A DNA stretch of 58,454 nt, taken from assembly GCA_021734405.1 (NCBI GenBank), contig JAIPJA010000003.1:1-58454 (forward strand). The letters are read 5' to 3'. The notes under the pieces are model-generated. The model did no database searches and was not told the DNA's origin. It worked only from the letters and a program-made list of their open reading frames with translations. The DNA comes from Minisyncoccota bacterium (GTDB lineage: Bacteria > Patescibacteriota > Patescibacteriia > Patescibacteriales > UBA12465). Of the stretch, positions 7,373 to 16,237 are shown one piece after another. Position 1 is the stretch's first letter, and the number at the start of each line of letters is the position of its first letter. The translations under genes were made by a program, and so were the position numbers.

Positions 7373-10042
7373 TTAAGCCTTATTTTTTTTAACAATAAAA
7401 TGATACTTACTTATTTCAACTAAACTAATACTTAAAATACTTACCCCTATAATAACCAACCAATCTTTGGCTGGCAAGGCTACAGTTGAAAGTGCGTTTT
7501 GCAAAGGAGTAAAATAAATAGCAGCTAAAAGAAGAAGCAAACTAATAATAGTGGCAAAAATTAAATATCGATTAGAAAAAGGATTTATTTTCCATATCGG
7601 TTGAGTCAAAGATCTTAAACTAAAAACATACAACAAGGAGTCAAAACCGACAATAGCAAAAATAAAAGTTCTGATATAATTTATATCTAAATCTAATCTC
7701 AAAAAGTATAAAAAAATTCCAAAATAGAATAAATCCCTAATTAAACCAGCGGCAAAAATAATAGTTTTCATCTCTGCATTTATAATAGGTTCCTTTCTAG
7801 AAATTGGCTTTCTCTTCATAATTCCTTTTTCTTCTTTTTCAAAAGCTAAAGAAAAATTAGGCAAACCATCATTTACTATATTTACCCAGAGTATTTGTGC
7901 TGGTAAAATTGCTAAAGGAGCTCCTAACAAAATTGAGCCTACCACTAAAATCACTTCAGAAAAACTATCAGAAATAAGATAAGTTATAACCTTCCTAATG
8001 TTAGAAAAAATAACCCTACCCTGTTTAACCGCGGCTACAATAACTTTAAAATTATTATCTAAAAGTACTATATCTGCAGTTTCTTTAGCAATGTCTGTGC
8101 CCGATCCTAGACACACTCCAATATCAGCCGCCTTTAAAGCTGGGGAATCATTGATACCATCTCCAGTCATAGCCACAACTTCTCCTCGAGCCTGTAAGGC
8201 CTTAACTATTCTTAATTTATGATGCGGGCTAACTCTAGCAAAAACATTTACTCTGCTAACAACTTTTTCTAGCTTCTTGTCGTCTATAAGGTCTAGCTCT
8301 TCTCCGGTCATTATAGACTGAGCTGTAACTTTAAAACCAATTTCTTTAGCAATAGCCTTAGCTGTAAGTTTGTGATCACCAGTAATAATAATTGGTTTTA
8401 TACCAGCTTCTCTACAAATAGCAATAGTTTCCTTAGCTTCTTTTCTTAAAGGATCTTTTAAGGCCATAAAACCTACAAACACTAAATTTTTATCTAACTC
8501 ATCCCAATTAAGCTGTTTATAGTCTTGAACTCCTAGCTCAGAAGTCTTTATTTTCCTATAAGCTAGCCCAATTACTCTCAACCCTTGTTTGGTTAAATTT
8601 TCATAAAGACTACTTAGTTCCTTCCTCTTTGCTTCGGAAAGAATAACTGTTTTTCCTTGATGATGATAAAAACTACTTTTTTCTAAAACTCTCTCTGGAG
8701 CCCCTTTTTCAAATAACCTAAAACCTTTATGCCTTTGGTGCAAAGTTGCCATAAACTTTTTTTCACTAGAGAAAGGTAGTTCGGCTACTCTAGGATAAAT
8801 GTTTTCAAGCTCCTCTCTATTTAAACCTGATTGCATTGAAGCTGAAAGTAAAGCCGCCTCTGTAGGTAAGCCAATAACCCTCCACTCTTCTAGAGATGCT
8901 TCGGGGTTTTCAATTACAGCATTATTACATAAAAGCCCAATTTGCAAAGCAAATCTGATTTCCTGGTCTTTCTCTTCTAGTCTTTTAGAACTATCTACTT
9001 CTTTTTCTTTATCACTTATAATAATTTTTACCACCTGCATTTCTCCTTTTGTTAAAGTCCCCGTTTTATCAGTACAAATTACCGTAGTTGACCCTAAAGT
9101 TTCAGCGGCCACTAATCTTCTAGTTAAAGCTTGTTTTTTCAAAATCTGTTGCATGCCCAGAACTAAAATAACTGTTACAGCTACGACTAGACCCTCTGGT
9201 ATAGCTGAAACCGCCACAGCTACTGCGACTATAAACATTTCAAAAAAATCTCTACCCTGCCAAAGACCAATGCCAATTATAGCTAAACAAATAAATAAGA
9301 CTAAAATCCCTAATAATTTTGAAAGTTGAGATAAACGATTTTGTAAAGGAGTTTTTTCTTCTTTAGTAGATTTAACTAATGAAGAAATTTTACCTATTTC
9401 TGTATTAGAACCAATAGCTGTAACCACAGCTTTACCACTACCTGAAAGCACAATAGTACTAGCATAAGCCATGTTAAGTCTATCTGCTAAGGGGACGCCC
9501 ACCTCAACTGCTTTATTATTTTTAGACGCTGGAACCGACTCTCCGGTTAAATTAGCTTCATTAATTCTTAAATCCAAAGCTTCAATAATTCTAGCGTCAG
9601 CTGGAATACGACTGCCTGGTGCTAAAAGAATAATATCCCCAGGAACTAATTCTGAGCTCTCAACTTCTTTTTCGTGTCCATCTCTTATAACCAAAGCATT
9701 ATGATGAACCATTTTCTTTAAATGAGACAAAGCTTTATTAGCCTTATTTTCTTGAAAAAAACCAATTACAGTGTTAATAAAAACTGCACCAAAAATAACA
9801 TAAGCATCAACTTTTTCTCCTAAAGCCAAAGAAATAGAGCCAGCTATAAGAAGTATAAAAATTAAAGGGCTTTTAAATTGAGAAAAAAATATAGTTAAAG
9901 AGCCTAAAGGCTTTTCTTCCTCTAATTTATTAAACCCATATTTTTGTTGTCTTATTTTAATTTCAGAGTTTTTTAAGCCTTTAATAGATGTTTTAAGCTC
10001 TCTAAAAACCGAGGCTTCTTTTAAATGATGAAAGTTTGACAT
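7373..10042 (-). CDS. P-type cation-transporting ATPase (type II, Ca2+/Mg2+-like)
   Basis: 889 aa with TGES, phosphorylation motif DKTGTLT, TGDGINDSPALKAADIG and 10 predicted TM helices. Confidence 0.9.
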   Translation of the reverse strand: MSNFHHLKEASVFRELKTSIKGLKNSEIKIRQQKYGFNKLEEEKPLGSLTIFFSQFKSPLIFILLIAGSISLALGEKVDAYVIFGAVFINTVIGFFQENKANKALSHLKKMVHHNALVIRDGHEKEVESSELVPGDIILLAPGSRIPADARIIEALDLRINEANLTGESVPASKNNKAVEVGVPLADRLNMAYASTIVLSGSGKAVVTAIGSNTEIGKISSLVKSTKEEKTPLQNRLSQLSKLLGILVLFICLAIIGIGLWQGRDFFEMFIVAVAVAVSAIPEGLVVAVTVILVLGMQQILKKQALTRRLVAAETLGSTTVICTDKTGTLTKGEMQVVKIIISDKEKEVDSSKRLEEKDQEIRFALQIGLLCNNAVIENPEASLEEWRVIGLPTEAALLSASMQSGLNREELENIYPRVAELPFSSEKKFMATLHQRHKGFRLFEKGAPERVLEKSSFYHHQGKTVILSEAKRKELSSLYENLTKQGLRVIGLAYRKIKTSELGVQDYKQLNWDELDKNLVFVGFMALKDPLRKEAKETIAICREAGIKPIIITGDHKLTAKAIAKEIGFKVTAQSIMTGEELDLIDDKKLEKVVSRVNVFARVSPHHKLRIVKALQARGEVVAMTGDGINDSPALKAADIGVCLGSGTDIAKETADIVLLDNNFKVIVAAVKQGRVIFSNIRKVITYLISDSFSEVILVVGSILLGAPLAILPAQILWVNIVNDGLPNFSLAFEKEEKGIMKRKPISRKEPIINAEMKTIIFAAGLIRDLFYFGIFLYFLRLDLDINYIRTFIFAIVGFDSLLYVFSLRSLTQPIWKINPFSNRYLIFATIISLLLLLAAIYFTPLQNALSTVALPAKDWLVIIGVSILSISLVEISKYHFIVKKNKA

Positions 10043-10049
10043 AATAAAA

Positions 10050-10072
10050 AAATAAAGATATTATCTTTATTT
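10050..10072 (-). terminator. 23-nt perfect palindrome; possible terminator of the toxin-antitoxin operon or an operator over the ATPase 5' UTR
   Basis: AAATAAAGATA-T-TATCTTTATTT. On the minus strand it is followed by a U-rich run and lies 8 nt upstream of the ATPase start. The stem is very AT-rich. Confidence 0.3.
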
Positions 10073-10125
10073 ATTATAACATATTTAAATATTAACTCTA
10101 AACCTCTTTCTGTGGTCAGTAAAAC

Positions 10126-10431
10126 CTAGGCTAACTCATAAAGCTTAAACTTTAACCTTAAATTATATTGATAACAAATTCTTTCTAAGATATTAGTGCT
10201 AACAGCCACCTCTCCATTTTCTATTCTAGAAATCACTGCCTGGGTAGTATTTATTTTCTCTGCTAGCTGTTTTTGACTTAGCTTCTTTTTCTTTCTAAAA
10301 GCTATAATTTCTGCAGCAATTTGAAATCTTAACAAACTATCACAATAAAGCTCTTTAAACTTATCATCCTTTAACTTATTTTTTAGATCGTTATAAAAAT
10401 TATCTTTTTTATTGTTTTTTTTCTTGTTCAT
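10126..10431 (-). CDS. XRE-family HTH antitoxin (HigA-like)
   Basis: HTH segment LSQKQLAEKINTTQAVISRIENGE. Overlaps the upstream toxin ORF by 23 nt. Confidence 0.75.
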   Translation of the reverse strand: MNKKKNNKKDNFYNDLKNKLKDDKFKELYCDSLLRFQIAAEIIAFRKKKKLSQKQLAEKINTTQAVISRIENGEVAVSTNILERICYQYNLRLKFKLYELA

Positions 10432-10789
10432 ATTTTTTATAATTATTTATAAAACCACTATATCTATTTTCAGCGATTCCCAGCTCTTTAACTGGAGTTT
10501 TTTCTCCCTCTTTCTTTACAAATAAATGTAAAAGTGTCATTTTTTCATCTTTCCAAATAAAATATAATAATCTATATAACTGTGAGGAAAATTTGATTCT
10601 AATTTCTGAAAAATGATAACCTTTAATATTTTTAGTAAACACAGAATTAGTTTTGCCTTGATTTGTAGCTACATGAACAATAATAGCATACAGTCTGGTA
10701 ATAATATTATCATTATCTATATTTCTAATTTCTTCTCTAACTTGTGTGCTTAAATCTTTATTGTTGTAATAATATTCTATTTTTAACAT
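10409..10789 (-). CDS. RelE/HigB superfamily toxin (phage Gp49-like)
   Basis: 126 aa with ...EIRIKFSSQLYRLLYFIWKDEKMTLLHLFVKKEGEKTPVKELGIAENRY, typical of Gp49/HigB-like toxins. The toxin-first gene order also matches. Confidence 0.65.
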   Translation of the reverse strand: MLKIEYYYNNKDLSTQVREEIRNIDNDNIITRLYAIIVHVATNQGKTNSVFTKNIKGYHFSEIRIKFSSQLYRLLYFIWKDEKMTLLHLFVKKEGEKTPVKELGIAENRYSGFINNYKKYEQEKKQ

Positions 10790-10884
10790 AATTATATATC
10801 TTTAAAGATGTAATGTCAAATGCATAAAAAGGTCTAAATATAGTAAATAATCCTTAATGAAAAATAAATAAAAATTTTAACACT

Positions 10885-10906
10885 AAAAAAACTAGAAACA
10901 ATCTAG
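10885..10906 (-). terminator. possible intrinsic terminator after the GT2 gene
   Basis: Minus-strand CTAGA-TTGTT-TCTAG followed by T7. The stem is only 5 bp. Confidence 0.4.
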
Positions 10907-10948
10907 CCTTTAATGTTTTATTTAATATATTTTGAACTTATCGAGATA

Positions 10949-12547
10949 TCACCTCTTTTTAGGCGTTACCCAAAACCCCATATACTTCCCTAGCAAAAGA
11001 CGGGTTTGTGCTTCTAAGGCCGGAATGGCTCCAAAAAGAACAATTACCACCGGAATAAATATCCACTCTACTACCACCTGTAATTTCTTTATTTTCTTTA
11101 TTTTAAAAGGAGGTGATGGCAGAAGTAAGGTTGATATAATAGCTGATAAAATTAAACCAACCATAGCTAAGTTCATAAGCAAGGTAGTAATTTCTGGTAA
11201 ATTACCTGATAAAACTGTAGAAGTAAAACGCTCTCCACCTAACCATAAAGGCATCCAGCCAATTACTGCAATAATCAAAGCGTTAGTAGCCCAAGAATGA
11301 AAGCCGTAAAGTTGCACAAAAATATGAAAAAGCATGGTTTTTTTGTCCAAACTTTTCCAGTTTTTAAAAGTATTAAAAATTAAATAAGGAATATTTTCTG
11401 AACCCCAGGCCCAGCGCCTTTGTTGTTTGTATAAACTCTTAGCTGTCTTTAAAAAATTTTCATCCATAGTAGCATCCATAGAAACTGGAAAGTGCAAAGG
11501 CTCTACTCTATACCTACCCTTATAGTACAAAAGACAATGCCAAAATATCCTTGAATCCTCACTAACCATAGTAGTTGACCAGAAACCAATATCGTTTAAA
11601 GCTTTAAAAGACATAGAATGAGAAGAATAAGTGGCTAAACTTTCACTTCTAATTTGTTGCATCATTTGCCAAAAAGTATTAGAAGTAGCAGCTATTCTAG
11701 CAAAAAAAGGAGCTTGCCAAATATTGTTGTGATAAACAGGCACTGGCTGATAACTAGCATAATAGGGGTCAGGGGTGGTTAAAAACTTATAACTTAAACG
11801 AAAAAAATAACCTCTAGTAATAACTGTATCTATATCAAAAACACTAACAACCATTTTATCATAGTCCCAACCTTGAGGATCAATTATTTGTTTTTTAAAA
11901 TCTTTTATAGCCCAAGCCTGGTTAGCTCCCTTACCTTTAAGCTCACCTTCTATATTATCTGGGTGAACAGAAATAAAAAACTTCTTAAAAGCACCACCAA
12001 ATTCTTTAGCTACCTGACGAGCCCTTGCCAGTGCTTTCTCTCCAGCTCGTTCCTCTATAGCTAAAACTATAGCCATATTTTGACTAGGATAACTATCTTG
12101 ATATATGGCTGATACTGTAGTTTTTATAATCTCCAGACTTTCATTACAAGTAGGTAAAACTACCAAATGCGTTAAATCTGACCAAGAAACTCCTTCTTTA
12201 TATAAATACTGGGCTTTATCTTTATTCTTAACTAAATATTCCTCCCCTACAATCTTAGAATCTGCCTTTAATTCCCTGCTAAGTTTTTCCCAATCTTGAA
12301 GCTTGGTGTGTTTTAATTTTTTATAAGCAGCTATTAAGTGCAAAGCTAAATACAAAACTAAAAGCAACCAATAAATATCAAAGGCAATAATAAAATAAGC
12401 CACCCAAATTGGTTGGAAATAAGACAAAATAATTAAAATCAAAAGAGTTGACCAGCTTAAAAATCCAGGTAACATTTCTAGAAGTCGATAATAAAAACGG
12501 TTTTTACCCTGTAGTTCAGTAGCCTTACCTACTTTTAAATAATTCAT
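10949..12547 (-). CDS. membrane-embedded processive family-2 glycosyltransferase (cellulose/chitin-synthase-like)
   Basis: D,D,D,QxxRW pattern: LPTCNESLE, FDIDTV, SEDSRIFW, QQRRWAWG. TM helices flank the catalytic domain. I chose the start at MNYLKVGK to avoid overlapping the upstream gene. Confidence 0.8.
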   Translation of the reverse strand: MNYLKVGKATELQGKNRFYYRLLEMLPGFLSWSTLLILIILSYFQPIWVAYFIIAFDIYWLLLVLYLALHLIAAYKKLKHTKLQDWEKLSRELKADSKIVGEEYLVKNKDKAQYLYKEGVSWSDLTHLVVLPTCNESLEIIKTTVSAIYQDSYPSQNMAIVLAIEERAGEKALARARQVAKEFGGAFKKFFISVHPDNIEGELKGKGANQAWAIKDFKKQIIDPQGWDYDKMVVSVFDIDTVITRGYFFRLSYKFLTTPDPYYASYQPVPVYHNNIWQAPFFARIAATSNTFWQMMQQIRSESLATYSSHSMSFKALNDIGFWSTTMVSEDSRIFWHCLLYYKGRYRVEPLHFPVSMDATMDENFLKTAKSLYKQQRRWAWGSENIPYLIFNTFKNWKSLDKKTMLFHIFVQLYGFHSWATNALIIAVIGWMPLWLGGERFTSTVLSGNLPEITTLLMNLAMVGLILSAIISTLLLPSPPFKIKKIKKLQVVVEWIFIPVVIVLFGAIPALEAQTRLLLGKYMGFWVTPKKR

Positions 12548-12552
12548 AACAT

Positions 12553-13125
12553 TTAAAAAATTAAGCCTCTCCTCTTTAGCCCAAAAAAACAATTAGCTAA
12601 AGCTTTGACATCAGCTTCAGCGTCATGAGCCTCAGCAAAATCTTTCTGAAATAGATATTTATGTAACTCTGTTAAATTAGGCCACTTATAACCACGAGCT
12701 CCAGGTATTTGACAAACATTAACCGTTCCCTTCATAGTGCAAATTTTTCTGATTCTTTCAAAAATATTTTCCATTTTAGCACGTAAAAGCTCTGAGCCAA
12801 CAATATTTTCATCAAAACTAAAGTTATGAGCCACAGCAAATTCATTTTTATTTAAATGCTCTACAAACTCTGTTAAAACCGGCTCCAGTTCAACGCCTTC
12901 AGCTTCAGCTCTAGCTTGGGTAATTCTATGAATTTTAGCCACCTCATCAGAAATAATAAAACCATTGGGTTTTATAATATAATTAAAACTTGCCAGTAAA
13001 TTACCTTGAGCATCATAATTTTGCCAAGCTAATTGTACTAATCTAGGCCAATTATCTAAATCACTAACTGGGGCCTTAAAGCTTTTAGGCAGTCCTGTAG
13101 TTTCTGTATCAAAAAATAAATACAT
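12553..13125 (-). CDS. DnaQ-like DEDDh 3'-5' exonuclease
   Basis: Exo motifs FFDTETTG, AHNFSFD and HDAEADV. Confidence 0.8.
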   Translation of the reverse strand: MYLFFDTETTGLPKSFKAPVSDLDNWPRLVQLAWQNYDAQGNLLASFNYIIKPNGFIISDEVAKIHRITQARAEAEGVELEPVLTEFVEHLNKNEFAVAHNFSFDENIVGSELLRAKMENIFERIRKICTMKGTVNVCQIPGARGYKWPNLTELHKYLFQKDFAEAHDAEADVKALANCFFGLKRRGLIF

Positions 13126-13152
13126 AATAATTTTTCTTTTTAGGTAAATAAT

Positions 13153-14949
13153 TTAAGATAAATCTATTTCCTCGCCTTCAGTTAAAACCTGATCCCCTGA
13201 AGACTTATTAATCTTTTTATTTTCTAGTTCCTTATCACTTTCTAATTCCTCCTCACTTTCATAAGCTACAGTGGGCGTCGGAGGAGCAATTTTTTTCTCT
13301 CTGCCTCTAAAATCACTGACTTTAGCTTGACTTAACTTGTTTAAAGAAATAAAAGTATCCGGCTCTTTTGACTCCTCTTTAACTTCTTCTATTTTTTTAA
13401 CGTTAGCTAAATTAGGTTTAAATGATTTTTCTTCTAATTGTTTTAACTCTTTGGCTTTAATTATTTTTCTTTGTTCTTGATTATTTTTTTTATCTTCTCT
13501 AATTTTTTCTAAACAATCTTTACAATACACTGGTCTTACCCCATCTGGCTCAAAAGGAGTAAAAGTTTGTTTTGCGCAACGAGCACATTTAGAGGCAAAT
13601 TTTTTATCATTACTAGAGTTTTGTTCTGATTTGCTATTAGAATTGTTTTTTTTGTCAAAAGTACTATCAATACTTTCATGCCAATGCATAATTTTTTCTT
13701 CAACAACTTCTCTCTCATTAGCATAACGCTCTCTAGAATAATTTATTACCTTATCTACATTATTAGTTTTTTCTCCGCTTGTCAAAGGCGGTAAACCTCT
13801 GGCTGAAAAGGGCGTGGAAGCAATTCCGTCTATCATTAATTTTAAATACATTTCATACTTAGGCAAATTTACAATATCTTCTTCAATGAAAGTAGGAGTA
13901 AACTCTTTTACCAGCTCCTCAGCGTCAGTGGCTCCCACCCTAAAAACTACTAAAGTGCCCACATTACCAAAAACAGCAGCTTTGACAGTATCTCCTAATT
14001 GTTCAATATATTGATGAGCCATAATTAGATTAAGACGATACTTTCTAGCTTCAGATAAAATATTAGCAAAACTCTCAGTACTAAAGTTTTGAAACTCATC
14101 AATATATAAATAAAAATCTTGTCGCTTTTCTTCATCAATATCTACCCGACTCATAGCAGCTAATTGGATTTTAGTAATCATCATTGCTCCTAATAAAGCA
14201 CTATTATCTTCTCCTATTCTACCTTTACTTAAGTTCATAATTAAAATTTTACGATTATCCATAATATCTCTCAAATCAATAGAAGATCTAACCTGTCCTA
14301 CAATGTTTCTCATAAGTGAACTAGAAAGAAATTGCCCTACCTTATTTTGAATCGGAGAAACTGCTTCCGCGGCAAACTTATCAGCATAACCACTAAACTC
14401 TTTTTCCCAAAAAGCTTTTACTACTGGATCTTGAATTTTAGCTACCACACTTTTTCTATACTCTTTATCGGAAAGCATTCTAATTACTCCCAATAGAGTT
14501 GAGTTAGGATAATCTAAAGTTGCTAAAATTGCATTTCTTAAAATATATTCTAAACGAGGCCCCCAAGAATCAGCCCACAACTTTTTAAATACTCCTATAA
14601 GACCAGAAGCTACTAAATGTCGCAAATGAGGTTCAACCTGCTCTACCACATTAAAGGCTACTGGATAATTCATGTCAGAAGGGTTGAAATAAACAACATC
14701 TTGTATTCTATGGCTAGGAATATATTGTATAACTTTTTCTGCCAAATCACCATGCGGATCTACCACAGCCACACCTTGACCGGCTCTAATATCGGAGACA
14801 ATCATATTTTCTAAAACTGTAGATTTACCCATACCAGTTTTTCCAATAAAATACATATGCCGACGCCTATCGTCAGTTTTTATGCCAAACTCTCTATAAC
14901 TATTTCTAAAGTTAGTTTCAGCAAAAACTGTTATCTTGTTACTAATCAT
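13153..14949 (-). CDS. soluble TraD/VirD4-type (T4 coupling-protein-like) P-loop ATPase with a C-terminal CxxC-x17-CxxC zinc ribbon and a K/E-rich tail
   Basis: Walker A GKTGMGKST, Walker B YLYIDEFQNF, then ARKYRLNLIMAHQYIEQL. No TM helices. Zinc ribbon C455-x2-C458-x17-C476-x2-C479. Confidence 0.65.
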   Translation of the reverse strand: MISNKITVFAETNFRNSYREFGIKTDDRRRHMYFIGKTGMGKSTVLENMIVSDIRAGQGVAVVDPHGDLAEKVIQYIPSHRIQDVVYFNPSDMNYPVAFNVVEQVEPHLRHLVASGLIGVFKKLWADSWGPRLEYILRNAILATLDYPNSTLLGVIRMLSDKEYRKSVVAKIQDPVVKAFWEKEFSGYADKFAAEAVSPIQNKVGQFLSSSLMRNIVGQVRSSIDLRDIMDNRKILIMNLSKGRIGEDNSALLGAMMITKIQLAAMSRVDIDEEKRQDFYLYIDEFQNFSTESFANILSEARKYRLNLIMAHQYIEQLGDTVKAAVFGNVGTLVVFRVGATDAEELVKEFTPTFIEEDIVNLPKYEMYLKLMIDGIASTPFSARGLPPLTSGEKTNNVDKVINYSRERYANEREVVEEKIMHWHESIDSTFDKKNNSNSKSEQNSSNDKKFASKCARCAKQTFTPFEPDGVRPVYCKDCLEKIREDKKNNQEQRKIIKAKELKQLEEKSFKPNLANVKKIEEVKEESKEPDTFISLNKLSQAKVSDFRGREKKIAPPTPTVAYESEEELESDKELENKKINKSSGDQVLTEGEEIDLS

Positions 14950-14953
14950 AAAA

Positions 14954-15262
14954 TCAATTGTTTAAATTAAAACTACTTGTATTTACAACTGAAGGCAGTT
15001 TATCCATTAAGTCTTCTAGAAAAGGCGGTAAATATATAATTACCAAAACAATAGGCACAACAATAACTACCAGTTGAATAAAGCCAATAATTTTACGCCA
15101 AAAAACATAGCCTTTAATATAGGTGCTAATATCTAAAATTTCTTGACTAACAGCTAAATTTTTTTCCAATAAAGATTTTAGTTCAGCATTACTAGGTTGA
15201 GGTCCTAAGTTAATAGGGGTAGAGTTTTTTTCTTCTTCAGTCATATTTTTATTTATCTCCAA
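14954..15262 (-). CDS. small membrane protein, unknown function
   Basis: 102 aa with one long hydrophobic segment (IIGFIQLVVIVVPIVLVIIYLPPF). The start overlaps the nrdG stop by 10 nt, suggesting translational coupling. Confidence 0.5.
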   Translation of the reverse strand: MEINKNMTEEEKNSTPINLGPQPSNAELKSLLEKNLAVSQEILDISTYIKGYVFWRKIIGFIQLVVIVVPIVLVIIYLPPFLEDLMDKLPSVVNTSSFNLNN

Positions 15263-15975
15263 TTAGTATTTTTAATATATTTTTTAGCAATGTTTACCAA
15301 GCTTTCCATGTCTTTGTCACTATAGGCAGAAAACTTCTTGTAATTCATATTAACTAAATCACTTTCTGACTTAAACTGCTGTAAATACCACTTACTATTT
15401 TTAGGTAAATATTTAGCCATCTTTTCTATATCAGCTGGGCTTAGAAGTTGTGGCAAGACTGTAGTTCTAAATTCATGACCAATTTTACTCCCTGCTATCA
15501 TTTTAACACTTTTCGCAATTTTTCTAAAATCTAAATTAACATTTACCACTTTCTTATAGTCTTCTATAGGGGCCTTGAAATCCATGGCAATATAATCTAT
15601 AAGTTTTTTATCAAGTAAACGAGCCACTATTTCCGGTCTAGTGCCATTTGTATCTAGTTTTACTAAATACCCTAAATCTTTCACTTTAGCTATAAAGGTC
15701 TCTAAATCAGGTTGTAAGGTGGGCTCTCCACCAGTTATAACCAAGCCTTCTAACTTTCCCTGTCTATATTTTAAAAACTGAAAAAGCTCATTCTCAGAAA
15801 TTAAAGAATAAGCTTTCTCATTTTTATCTTTTTTGCCTGATCCCTTCTTAGGCCAGACAAGCATAGGGTTATAGCAATAATGACAACGGAAATTACAGGA
15901 AACTGTAAATATAATAGCAGCTAAATGATTAGGATAATCTATTAAAGTTAGTTTTTCTAAAGCAGCGATTTTCAT
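15253..15975 (-). CDS. nrdG: anaerobic ribonucleoside-triphosphate reductase activating protein (radical SAM)
   Basis: CNFRCHYC (CxxxCxxC) cluster and GGEPT motif. Located in the nrd operon. Confidence 0.9.
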   Translation of the reverse strand: MKIAALEKLTLIDYPNHLAAIIFTVSCNFRCHYCYNPMLVWPKKGSGKKDKNEKAYSLISENELFQFLKYRQGKLEGLVITGGEPTLQPDLETFIAKVKDLGYLVKLDTNGTRPEIVARLLDKKLIDYIAMDFKAPIEDYKKVVNVNLDFRKIAKSVKMIAGSKIGHEFRTTVLPQLLSPADIEKMAKYLPKNSKWYLQQFKSESDLVNMNYKKFSAYSDKDMESLVNIAKKYIKNTNWR

Positions 15976-16035
15976 ATAAGTGAAGATAGCTTAAGCAAAC
16001 TGAACAAACTTTAAACTAACTTCACTTTGCTCAAA

Positions 16036-16188
16036 CTACTGTTTAATTTTATAGGTTTTTCTATCTTTATATTCTGAAGCCTTACCTTTATTATAGTTCT
16101 TAGTTGGAGTTAACCAGCCAACTACCCGGCTATAGACAATACATTCTTGTCTATCAAGCTGTTTTGGACTCATATCTTTTATAGGCAT
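16036..16188 (-). CDS. stand-alone 50-aa glycyl-radical segment of class III RNR (detached NrdD C-terminus)
   Basis: Hand translation: MPIKDMSPKQLDRQECIVYSRVVGWLTPTKNYNKGKASEYKDRKTYKIKQ*. SRVVGW...NKGK..E..DR matches the NrdD C-terminal glycyl-radical signature, which is missing from the 690-aa NrdD ORF. Confidence 0.7.
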   Translation of the reverse strand: MPIKDMSPKQLDRQECIVYSRVVGWLTPTKNYNKGKASEYKDRKTYKIKQ

Positions 16189-16237
16189 AAGCTGATATAT
16201 AAAAGCTCAGTGGCCTTATATTAATTATTAATAAATC

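Noticed and set aside
7998-9704. Plus-strand ORFs 7998-8222, 8799-9329 and 9471-9704 inside the P-type ATPase gene
   Set aside because: These are antisense shadow ORFs of a well-supported 889-aa ATPase, and their products are low-complexity.
10932-12299. Plus-strand ORFs 10932-11300, 11873-12064 and 12105-12299
   Set aside because: They are antisense to the GT2 gene, whose D,D,D,QxxRW motifs fix the real frame.
16189-16237. A single indel or translational bypass joining nrdD to the glycyl-radical ORF
   Set aside because: Joining needs both loss of the TAA and a frame change, and the small ORF frame has its own upstream stop at 16207-16209. A single sequencing error is therefore insufficient. 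This remains open to read-level verification and is covered in the findings.
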